Shown here one piece after another: positions 1 through 6,951 of a stretch of DNA of 39,838 nucleotides. The notes under the pieces were generated by a model. That model was not told where the DNA came from, did no database searches, and saw nothing but the letters and a program-made list of their open reading frames with translations. The position numbers and the translations under genes are program-made. The stretch is from an uncultured Candidatus Peribacteria bacterium (GTDB lineage: Bacteria > Patescibacteriota > Gracilibacteria > UBA1369 > LOWO2-01-FULL-3). Each line of letters opens with the position of its first letter. The first letter of the stretch is position 1. Location: contig CAZVOZ010000001.1 in NCBI GenBank assembly GCA_964629065.1, positions 26,472 to 66,309 on the forward strand, read 5' to 3'.

Positions 1-651
1 TGCAAGTAGGCAGACTAAACTGACCTCTTGTCCATTTCCGGCGGCGGCTACAATACTTTCTGCCCTAACTCTTACTAACCGGCCTTGGTCATAACAATCG
101 ATTTGCCCGCTTGGAGAATTAACACGAGTTGCTCTGATACTGATATCTGAGGGAATTTCGGCGTCAGGGGTTGCGTCGGGAATGATAGAACCGAAATCCG
201 ATTCGGCAGCGTCAATCATTGGAGCGGCAGCATCAGTTGCGGCATCGGGTGTTGCTGAATCAATTGTTGCTTGTGCATCTGATCCAGCGGCGTCTGGTGT
301 AGCAGCGTCAATCATTGGAGCGGCAGCATCAGCTGTTGATTGTGAGTCTGGGACCGGTGCGGCATCTTGTGCTGGGATAGTGGCATCCAATTGCGCTGCG
401 TCTAGTACTTGTCCAGCGTCTGGAACTGGGGTTGCGGCGTCTACTTGTGGAAGCGGTACACTTGTATCAGATAGCATAGCGTCAATTACTGTTACGAGTG
501 CATCGCGGGTGCCTTGATCATCTAAAAAACTACCATCAGAGATTACTCCTGCGTCTCTTTCCCGAGTTTCAGACGGTGGTGCTGGAAATTTATCAAGACA
601 TGCTCCTGTTGTTAGAATTGAGCTAAGTAAGACTGCGTGAGAAACTCTCAT
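1..651 (-). CDS. Putative secreted lipoprotein, Asp/Ala/Pro/Thr-rich low-complexity; C-terminus runs off the window
   Basis: Absent from the ORF track because it is open to nt 1. Checked by hand: ATG at 651-649 and no in-frame stop down to nt 1 (217 codons). The N-terminus MRVSHAVLLSSILTTGAC looks like a signal peptide with a lipobox-like TGAC. It is followed by D/A/P-rich repeats (DAAAPMIDAA occurs twice). Confidence 0.55.
   Translation of the reverse strand, partial: MRVSHAVLLSSILTTGACLDKFPAPPSETRERDAGVISDGSFLDDQGTRDALVTVIDAMLSDTSVPLPQVDAATPVPDAGQVLDAAQLDATIPAQDAAPVPDSQSTADAAAPMIDAATPDAAGSDAQATIDSATPDAATDAAAPMIDAAESDFGSIIPDATPDAEIPSDISIRATRVNSPSGQIDCYDQGRLVRVRAESIVAAAGNGQEVSLVCLLA
206..332. 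repeat. 31-bp perfect direct repeat (206-236 and 302-332), 96 bp (32 codons) apart, inside the lipoprotein CDS
   Basis: gcagcgtcaatcattggagcggcagcatcag is present twice. On the minus strand it encodes the repeated peptide block DAAAPMIDAA. Confidence 0.85.
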
Positions 652-708
652 GATACGATTTTTAAAGGTACTTGATTATACAAGTTATTAATCACAAGTC
701 AAGAGGTG

Positions 709-2454
709 TTACTTGTAATTGTCCATCACGGCGCCGGTGTTGGCGCTGGTCACATGTTGAACATAGCGACCGAGCCAGCCGCGAGTGACTTTCGGGATAA
801 ATTCTGGGAGTTTCTCGAGGCGGGCGGCGATTTGTTCGTCGGAGAGTTGGAGGTTCATGGTGCGAGCGTCGGTGTCGATGTCGATGATGTCGCCGTCTTC
901 GATGATGGCGATTGGTCCGCCGGAAGCGGCTTCGGGCGAAACATGGCCTATGCAAAGACCGCGGGTTCCGCCGGAAAAACGGCCGTCGGTAATAAGCGCG
1001 GCTTTGATGCCGGCGCCTTTGATCGCGGAAGTGGGCGCGAGCATTTCTTGCATGCCGGGGCCGCCTTTGGGGCCTTCGTATTTGATCACAACAATATCGC
1101 CGTCTTTGATTTTGCCGCCGAGGATGGCGGAGAGAGAGTCTTCTTGGGTATTGAAAACGCGCGCTGTGCCGGTGAATTTGTGCATATCGGCTTCGACGCC
1201 GGCAGTTTTGACTACGGCGCCGAGAGGGGCGATATTGCCGTAGAGAATTGCGAGGCCGCCGGTGGCGGAGAAGGCGTTTTCGCCGATGCGAATGATGTCA
1301 CCGTCTGGTTCGGGCGCGGGGTTGACCCAATCGCCGAGGGTGCCGGTGACGGTTTTTAGAGAGAGGTCTAGAGAACTGCGGCCATCTGTGACGACGGCTT
1401 TGAGGATTGCGGCGATGCCGCCGACGCGATGGACATCTTCCATGTGGACATCGGGGCGAGAAGGTGAAACTTTGCAGACATTTGGCGTGATGTTGGCGAG
1501 TTGGTCGATGCTTTCTTGGGAATAATCGAATCCGGCTTCGTGGGCGAGGGCGAGGGTGTGGAGGATCGTGTTGGTAGAGCCTCCCATGGCAAGGTCGAGA
1601 ATGAAGGCGTTGTCGATCGCTTTTGGCGTGACGATGTCGCGTGGGCGAATGTTGTTTTCGAGAATGTATTCGATGGTGTCGGCGGTTTTGGCGAGGAAGT
1701 CGAGGCGGTCGGGGTTTACTTTCCAAGTTTTGGTTTCTTTGTCGATCCAAGTGGCGGCGGGGATGGAGCCGTTGCCGGGCATGGCAAGGCCGATGACTTC
1801 GGCGAGGCAGTTCATGGAGTTGGCGGTGAACATGCCGGCGCAGGAACCGCAAGTGCGGCAAGATTTTTCGGCGATTTTTTCGAGTTCTTCGGTGGAGATT
1901 TTGCCGGCGGAGTGTTTACCGACGCCTTCGAAGACGGTGACGAGGTCGGATTTATCGTCGCCGGCGAGCATTGGGCCGCCGCTGACATAGAGGGCAGGCA
2001 CATCGAGGCGAACCATGGCGTTGAGCATCGCGGGAACGATTTTGTCACAGTTTCCGATGCCGATCCAAGCGTCACAAGGGTGTGCGCCAACGATCGTTTC
2101 GATTTGGTCGGTGATTAGTTCGCGTGAAGGCAGGGAATATTTCATGCCGAAATGGCCCATGGCGATTCCGTCGTCGACGGCGCCGCCGATATTGGCGTAC
2201 CAGACATTGTAGCCTTTCGCTTTGAGTGCTTTGACAACGACTTGTCCGAGTTGGTCGAGGTGGGCGTGGCCTGGGATTTGAGTGGTGTATGAATTGACGA
2301 CGGTGATGAATTTTTTGGCGCGGTCTTTAAGGCTATCGATGACACCGGCGGCCATCATTAAAGAAGCTGCTGGGAGCATGTGAGGGCCTTCAGCGACGAT
2401 GCGGCTGCCGCGTTTGTGGATTTCTTTGAAGCCAGCGTTGATTGGATCGGTCAT
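709..2454 (-). CDS. ilvD: Dihydroxy-acid dehydratase (IlvD/Edd family)
   Basis: 581 aa with family-typical blocks: [72 protein letters not shown]. Confidence 0.93.
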   Translation of the reverse strand: MTDPINAGFKEIHKRGSRIVAEGPHMLPAASLMMAAGVIDSLKDRAKKFITVVNSYTTQIPGHAHLDQLGQVVVKALKAKGYNVWYANIGGAVDDGIAMGHFGMKYSLPSRELITDQIETIVGAHPCDAWIGIGNCDKIVPAMLNAMVRLDVPALYVSGGPMLAGDDKSDLVTVFEGVGKHSAGKISTEELEKIAEKSCRTCGSCAGMFTANSMNCLAEVIGLAMPGNGSIPAATWIDKETKTWKVNPDRLDFLAKTADTIEYILENNIRPRDIVTPKAIDNAFILDLAMGGSTNTILHTLALAHEAGFDYSQESIDQLANITPNVCKVSPSRPDVHMEDVHRVGGIAAILKAVVTDGRSSLDLSLKTVTGTLGDWVNPAPEPDGDIIRIGENAFSATGGLAILYGNIAPLGAVVKTAGVEADMHKFTGTARVFNTQEDSLSAILGGKIKDGDIVVIKYEGPKGGPGMQEMLAPTSAIKGAGIKAALITDGRFSGGTRGLCIGHVSPEAASGGPIAIIEDGDIIDIDTDARTMNLQLSDEQIAARLEKLPEFIPKVTRGWLGRYVQHVTSANTGAVMDNYK

Positions 2455-2634
2455 GGTAAGCTCTTTTAAAGAGTTCTATTTTTTCACAGAATTTCGGGAG
2501 TGGCAACCTTCTGGCCGTTTTGTTTGATTATTTTGGCGGGAATATCGAAGTTCACGATGAGCGAGGATCGGTTCAAATCCGCGGGCGGCGGGATCGTTTT
2601 TTTAGATGGCACGAATTTCCTAAATCATTGGGGA

Positions 2635-3405
2635 TTATTTTTTAGGAGGGAGGGGAAAAAATTTACTGACCCTTTTTTCGTACTCAGCGAATGCGGGATT
2701 TTGAGACATTTTTTTCTCAAGCATAGGAATTCCTGAAACTTTGAGAATTAAAAATGAAATTGTTAGTGGGCCGAGAAGACTGATCCAGCCGAGTGGGGTG
2801 ACAAGAGCAATGAGCCAAATCCCCCACCATTGAGTAACTTCGCCGAAATAATTTGGATGACGACTGTATTGCCAAAGTCCGGTGGTAATCAGTTTTCCTT
2901 TGTTGGTTGGTTCTTTGATAAATTGTTTCAATTGCCAATCACCAACTACTTCAAAGAAAAAACCAATGAGCCAAACTGTAATTCCGAGAAAATCGAACAA
3001 GCCGATCTCTGAACTGCCTTGGATATTAATGGCCAAAATTGGCAGTGAAATGATGAATAGAAATAAGCCTTGGAGAAGGTATATCTGCAAATATGAACGG
3101 ATATAAAACCATTTCCCCCATTGTTGGCGCCATGCGAGATAACGATAATCTTCGGGTTTGCCCTTGTTTCTTTTATAAATGTGCCAAGCAAGTCTCAGTC
3201 CCCAAATTGTTACTAAGAGATTGACGATCAGGCTACGAATTTCAAAATCTTGACTGAGAAAGATGGAGGTCCAAGCTAAGAGTACAAAGCCAATCCCCCA
3301 AGCGACATCGGCAAGGTCGTTGCGCTTTCTGATGAGCGAGAGCAGAAACCAAGCGTTCATGTATATGAACAAGGTGAAAGCGAGAAGAAGGAAATAATTG
3401 GTCAT
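2635..3405 (-). CDS. DUF1295 / steroid 5-alpha-reductase-like integral membrane protein
   Basis: 256 aa, polytopic. The C-terminal block GLWQYSRHPNYFGEVTQWWGIWLIA is typical of DUF1295. ATGA overlap with the upstream gene. Confidence 0.8.
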   Translation of the reverse strand: MTNYFLLLAFTLFIYMNAWFLLSLIRKRNDLADVAWGIGFVLLAWTSIFLSQDFEIRSLIVNLLVTIWGLRLAWHIYKRNKGKPEDYRYLAWRQQWGKWFYIRSYLQIYLLQGLFLFIISLPILAINIQGSSEIGLFDFLGITVWLIGFFFEVVGDWQLKQFIKEPTNKGKLITTGLWQYSRHPNYFGEVTQWWGIWLIALVTPLGWISLLGPLTISFLILKVSGIPMLEKKMSQNPAFAEYEKRVSKFFPLPPKK

Positions 3406-3797
3406 AGGAATTTAGCGGCAATTGAGTAAGTGATAACGCTGACTAAAGCTCCGAGAGTCGCACCCCATGCGAGATCAACGATTGTGACGAGCAAAGGCCA
3501 ATCTTTGAGAGTGGCTAGATTTGTGAGGTCATAAGTGGCGTAACTAATAAAGCCGAAGAGCGCACCAAGTAAAAGTGCTTGCAGCCAAGAGCCTTTGTCC
3601 ATTGCCGGCATGATAGCGAAAATCACAAGACCGACGATGAAGATCAAATAAAAGATAATTGCGGCGGCCCAGTTGATTTCAGTTTTCATCAAAAATCCAA
3701 TTTGCTGAGTGTAAAAATTTTTGGCGATCAGCCCAAGCCAGACCATGTCGATGGCGAAAAAAACAGGAAGTGCAATGAGGTAGAGTTTGAGGAACAT
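3402..3797 (-). CDS. DUF2177-like small membrane protein
   Basis: 131 aa with about 4 TM segments. The N-terminus (FAIDMVWLGLIAKNFY) resembles DUF2177. Translationally coupled to the DUF1295 gene by a 4-nt overlap. Confidence 0.6.
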   Translation of the reverse strand: MFLKLYLIALPVFFAIDMVWLGLIAKNFYTQQIGFLMKTEINWAAAIIFYLIFIVGLVIFAIMPAMDKGSWLQALLLGALFGFISYATYDLTNLATLKDWPLLVTIVDLAWGATLGALVSVITYSIAAKFL

Positions 3798-3807
3798 ATT
3801 TTAATGG

Positions 3808-4437
3808 TTATTTGATAAGGTCCGCCCATACTTCAAGCCGGCGCATAAATGGAGGTGTCCATGGTGGGTTGTAACCAGCCCAATAAACAGTGCCATATTC
3901 TAGCCCGTCGCGCTCGAGGTATTGTTTTAATAGTTCTTTTTTCTCTTCAATTTTCTTTTCGGAATAAAAACCACTGAATTGAAGTACGGCTACTTCTTTG
4001 CTTTCAACTTTCTTAATTTTCACTCTTGAATCGTTGGGTTCTGGGAGGTTTTCCAAAGTGTATTGAGATGGCATGACAAATGCGAAAACGCGCTCATCTC
4101 CTTCAGATTCGGTCGATAAAACTGGAGCTGTCATGGCGATTTTTTCGGACTCACTTTCGATAACTGGTCCGGTCATAGCAATACTTTCGCGTCGACGGTT
4201 GTCGCCAAAAATGTAACCGGCGAGGATATTGAATGAACTACCGCTGGCATCGTCAAAACTACCTTTGACAGTTGTTTCAGCAATAATGTGCTCTGGTATT
4301 TCTCTGATCTCGTATTCTTTATCGTTGCTTATGACAGTATATGGCAAAAGTTCTACGCGACTACCAAAATATCCGAAAGCAATCCAAGCTAGAAAAATCA
4401 CCGCAAGGATGATGAAAAATAACAATGTTCTATTCAT
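3808..4437 (-). CDS. SOUL heme-binding family protein with N-terminal membrane anchor/signal
   Basis: 209 aa with SOUL/HEBP-like blocks: YEIREIPEHIIAET, GYIFGDN, the duplicated IAMTGPV and IAMTAPV, and YNPPWTPPFMRRLEVW. Confidence 0.75.
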   Translation of the reverse strand: MNRTLLFFIILAVIFLAWIAFGYFGSRVELLPYTVISNDKEYEIREIPEHIIAETTVKGSFDDASGSSFNILAGYIFGDNRRRESIAMTGPVIESESEKIAMTAPVLSTESEGDERVFAFVMPSQYTLENLPEPNDSRVKIKKVESKEVAVLQFSGFYSEKKIEEKKELLKQYLERDGLEYGTVYWAGYNPPWTPPFMRRLEVWADLIK

Positions 4438-4519
4438 GAGGTTTAGGTAAGGGATAACCTCATGATATACCTATGTACTGCAGGTAGCAAATTTGTACCT
4501 ATTGGATCTAAAACTTTTC

Positions 4520-4612
4520 TGGCGGAGGGAGGGGGATTCGAACCCCCGCGGGAACTGAAGTCCCCCTACAGGTTTAGCAAACCCGCCTCTTCAGCCTCTT
4601 GAGTATCCCTCC
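4520..4612 (-). tRNA. tRNA-Ser (anticodon GCU), long variable arm, CCA encoded
   Basis: The reverse complement is GGAGGGATACTCAAGAGGCTGAAGAGGCGGGTTTGCTAAACCTGTAGGGGGACTTCAGTTCCCGCGGGGGTTCGAATCCCCCTCCCTCCGCCA. It folds by hand as a cloverleaf: 7-bp acceptor stem, anticodon loop TTGCTAA, T-loop GGGGGTTCGAATCCCCC. Confidence 0.9.
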
Positions 4613-4663
4613 GCGTTAAGCTCGGCTGAGCATATGCAATATAGGCAAAAGGCTAGGTCGCGT

Positions 4664-5215
4664 CTAGTGAAAATCGCAATCGGTGGTATGGTCATTTACG
4701 AGGCCGGCGGCTTGCATGAAGGCGTAGATAATTGTTGAACCGACAAAGTTCATGCCGCGTTTCTTGAGGTCCTTGGCTATTTGATCGGAGAGAGGGGTTT
4801 TCGCAGGATAGTCTTTGAGGGTTTTGAATTTGTTTTTGATTGTTTTGTGATCGACGAATGCCCAGATGTATTGATCAAAGCTGCCAAATTCTTTTTGGAT
4901 TTGAAGGAAAGCTTTGGCGTTTTGGATGGTGGAATGGATTTTGAGGCGGTTTCTGATAATGCCTTCGTTGTTTAAGAGTTCGTTGATTTTCTTTTGGTCG
5001 TATTTGGCGATTTTTTTGGCGTCGAAGTTGTCGAAGGCTTGGCGATAATTATCACGCTTTTTTAAGACTGTAAGCCAGGAAAGTCCGGCTTGAGCGCCTT
5101 CAAGAATGAGCAGTTCGAAAAGTTTTTGGTCATCATGGAGAGGAATCCCCCATTCTTCGTCATGGTACTTTTGATAGATTTCTAGGTCGGAAACCCACGG
5201 ACAGCGCTTAGTCAT
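4664..5215 (-). CDS. tag: DNA-3-methyladenine glycosylase I
   Basis: 183 aa. The block CPWVSDLEIYQKYHDEEWGIPLHDDQKLFELLILEGAQAGLSWLTVLKKR is the typical Tag N-terminus. Confidence 0.9.
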   Translation of the reverse strand: MTKRCPWVSDLEIYQKYHDEEWGIPLHDDQKLFELLILEGAQAGLSWLTVLKKRDNYRQAFDNFDAKKIAKYDQKKINELLNNEGIIRNRLKIHSTIQNAKAFLQIQKEFGSFDQYIWAFVDHKTIKNKFKTLKDYPAKTPLSDQIAKDLKKRGMNFVGSTIIYAFMQAAGLVNDHTTDCDFH

Positions 5216-5681
5216 GGAGGATTGTGTAATTGTGCGGAATTAATTCGAGGAATTTGTGGAAGGCTTGTTTTGTGAGTTCGAGGGTAGCGGTGTTATCGTT
5301 AGGATGGAAGCCAACAATTTCAGCACCGAGAACATCTTGGTGAATGTAGAATTCGACTTGTTGATCTGGATCGTTAAGGATGCAGAAAGGCGAAACGGAG
5401 CCTGGAGTTATTTTTAGTTTAGCATAAAGCTCGTTGTCTTTGCCGAAAGAGAGTTTGCTGGAGGTTTGGGCGATTTGGCGGAATTGTTTGAGGTCGAGGC
5501 GCTTGCTGTCGGGCATGATTACGAGGAAAGAGCGGTTTTTGTCTTGAAGAAACAAGCTTTTATATAAAAGGCCGGGGATTTTTTCGGGATGATTTTCGAC
5601 ATCTTCGCAGGTGAAAAGTGGTGGGTGTTCGTGTCTAATAAATTCGATTTCGTTGTCTGTGAGAAATTGTTCGGGATTCAT
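5208..5681 (-). CDS. YbaK/ProX-type aminoacyl-tRNA deacylase (prolyl-tRNA synthetase-associated editing domain)
   Basis: 157 aa with YbaK/PrdX-like blocks (KSLFLQDKN, KITPGSVSPFCILND). 8-nt overlap with tag. Confidence 0.7.
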   Translation of the reverse strand: MNPEQFLTDNEIEFIRHEHPPLFTCEDVENHPEKIPGLLYKSLFLQDKNRSFLVIMPDSKRLDLKQFRQIAQTSSKLSFGKDNELYAKLKITPGSVSPFCILNDPDQQVEFYIHQDVLGAEIVGFHPNDNTATLELTKQAFHKFLELIPHNYTILHD

Positions 5682-6148
5682 TTTTCGAAATAGGAGATGT
5701 TTGGATTGTAATTGCCTTGGTAGCTTTTGCCAATTTGTTTAAAGCCAGCTTTTTTGAGGGCTTGTTTGAGGCGTTCGTGGCCGGTGGTGGCGAATATTTT
5801 TTGATCGTCAATTTGGGTAAGCAGTTGGGTAGTCAACTGGCGATTTAGCCCTTTTCCTCGATGTTCTGGGCGTGTATAGGCGTAGCCGAGTTCAAGTTTG
5901 GGGATTTGGTGCGCGTCGGGAATTTGAGCTTTTTGTTTGATGTAATCGCGGTATTCGGCGTTGGGCTGTTTGATCGCAGCGAGGGAAATGATTTGATCAT
6001 TTTCGCTGACGATGGCGATTAGGTGGCAGTTTTGGATTTTTTGTGGAAGGTTTTCAGGTGAAACTTGTCCACCATCAAGAAGGAGTTGGTGAATTTGGTG
6101 GAGTTGATTTTGGCTAAGTTGGCTGGGTGGATGAAAGTGTGTTTCCAT
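5678..6148 (-). CDS. GNAT family N-acetyltransferase
   Basis: Acetyl-CoA binding motif RPEHRGKGLNRQLTTQLL. The track ORF extends to 6217, but the internal ATG (METHFHPPS, 6148) avoids overlap with the upstream ORF that ends at 6151. Confidence 0.7.
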   Translation of the reverse strand: METHFHPPSQLSQNQLHQIHQLLLDGGQVSPENLPQKIQNCHLIAIVSENDQIISLAAIKQPNAEYRDYIKQKAQIPDAHQIPKLELGYAYTRPEHRGKGLNRQLTTQLLTQIDDQKIFATTGHERLKQALKKAGFKQIGKSYQGNYNPNISYFEK

Positions 6149-6150
6149 CT

Positions 6151-6402
6151 TTACTGCCAAGGCATTGGGCCAAGGATGGTTGTGAGAATTGCAACGGCGA
6201 TGCCAGTAAAAACACAAAGAGCTCCGATTACTTTTGGAATTCGTTCTTTGACTTTTTCGGATAGAGCGTTGGATATTATTTTACCAACGCCACGAGCCCT
6301 GAATCGAAAGGGATTAAATTTTTGGGGCAAGAAAATACCGACGAGGCCAAGAATAAGAGTGGTCGCGGCTTGGATGTATTGAAGTTTTACTTGTGGATCC
6401 AT
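6151..6402 (-). CDS. Small hypothetical membrane protein (83 aa, 2 predicted TM)
   Basis: ORF only. Two hydrophobic stretches. Sits at the head of a co-directional four-gene string. Confidence 0.4.
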   Translation of the reverse strand: MDPQVKLQYIQAATTLILGLVGIFLPQKFNPFRFRARGVGKIISNALSEKVKERIPKVIGALCVFTGIAVAILTTILGPMPWQ

Positions 6403-6411
6403 AATAAAATA

Positions 6412-6510
6412 TTATTTATCAGCTTTTTTGAGTTGTTTAGCCTCTTTTCTTTCAGCCTTACTTTTGCCAACCTTTTTCTTTTCTTTTCTTGCTCCCGTTC
6501 CTTTTGCCAT
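6412..6510 (-). CDS. Possible 32-aa lysine-rich peptide (MAKGTGARKEKKKVGKSKAERKEAKQLKKADK)
   Basis: Hand-translated small ORF below the track cutoff, ATG at 6510-6508 and TAA at 6414-6412. There is no homology evidence and it could be noise. Confidence 0.2.
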   Translation of the reverse strand: MAKGTGARKEKKKVGKSKAERKEAKQLKKADK

Positions 6511-6525
6511 AGTTTATTTTTTTAG

Positions 6526-6543
6526 TGGCGGAGAGACAGGGAT
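6526..6543. repeat. 18-nt exact duplicate of the 3' end of tRNA-Ser(UGA) (att-like direct repeat)
   Basis: tggcggagagacagggat occurs at 6526-6543 and again at 6704-6721. The second copy is the acceptor 3' strand plus T-stem of the intact tRNA. Confidence 0.85.
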
Positions 6544-6669
6544 GGTCGCCTACGGCGACGGCAATCTACACTCGCTCGGAAATATTTCAGCAAGCTGATG
6601 CTTCGCTCGCTCGCTTGATTGCGCGAACTGATTTTGCTGAAGCAAAATGGTTCTCATCACTGCTCGAAA

Positions 6670-6703
6670 TTGAAAATTAATGGCCGGTGGCCAGAATTTT
6701 CAA
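6670..6703 (-). terminator. Hairpin immediately 3' of tRNA-Ser(UGA); possible terminator
   Basis: ttgaaaatt-aa-tggcc-ggt-ggcca-g-aattttcaa has 9+5 bp stems. On the minus strand it is followed only by a short TTT, so terminator function is uncertain. Confidence 0.3.
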
Positions 6704-6793
6704 TGGCGGAGAGACAGGGATTCGAACCCTGGGTCCCCTTGCGAGGACTATAGTTTTCAAGACTATTGCTTTCGACCGCTCAGCCATCTCTCC
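6704..6793 (-). tRNA. tRNA-Ser (anticodon UGA), long variable arm, CCA encoded
   Basis: The reverse complement is GGAGAGATGGCTGAGCGGTCGAAAGCAATAGTCTTGAAAACTATAGTCCTCGCAAGGGGACCCAGGGTTCGAATCCCTGTCTCTCCGCCA. Anticodon stem-loop ATAGT-CTTGAAA-ACTAT, canonical T arm. Confidence 0.9.
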
Positions 6794-6951
6794 GTATTTA
6801 ATTCTTGGTTCGCTGCGTTCAGAACCGGCAGAGCCGGATTCTTCACTTGCTCACGCTCGCGCCGTGCGCTCGCTGTGGTTTAGCGGTGAGCTCGCTGCGT
6901 CTAAACAGTACCAAAAATTCTGATTGTCAAATTTCCAGCTCGGCCAATATA

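Noticed and set aside
182-517. 111-aa + strand ORF (Ala/Ser/Gly-rich)
   Set aside because: It is antisense to the better-supported minus-strand lipoprotein ORF (1-651). It is low-complexity and has no start context.
706-2118. Long + strand ORFs (706-1359, 785-1243, 1501-2118, 1556-1990) and alternative-frame minus ORFs (692-955, 1298-1861) inside ilvD
   Set aside because: All overlap the unambiguous ilvD CDS. Their G/V/A-rich or R/P/H-rich translations are what the strong strand composition bias produces, through depletion of stop codons.
709-2454. ilvD as a horizontally acquired high-GC gene
   Set aside because: Its GC is higher than the 2.6-6.4 kb neighbours by spot counts. However, argS and other core genes show similar GC, so eye-level evidence is insufficient. 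The absence of neighbouring ilv genes alone is not informative.
2566-2582. GGTTCAAATCC, which looks like a tRNA T-loop
   Set aside because: Only 3 bp of T-stem can be formed, and no acceptor, D or anticodon arms can be built around it. It is not a tRNA or a tmRNA 3' end.
6680-6923. Two + strand ORFs of 67 and 78 aa
   Set aside because: They run antisense through tRNA-Ser(UGA) and its repeat-rich flanks, so they are an artefact.
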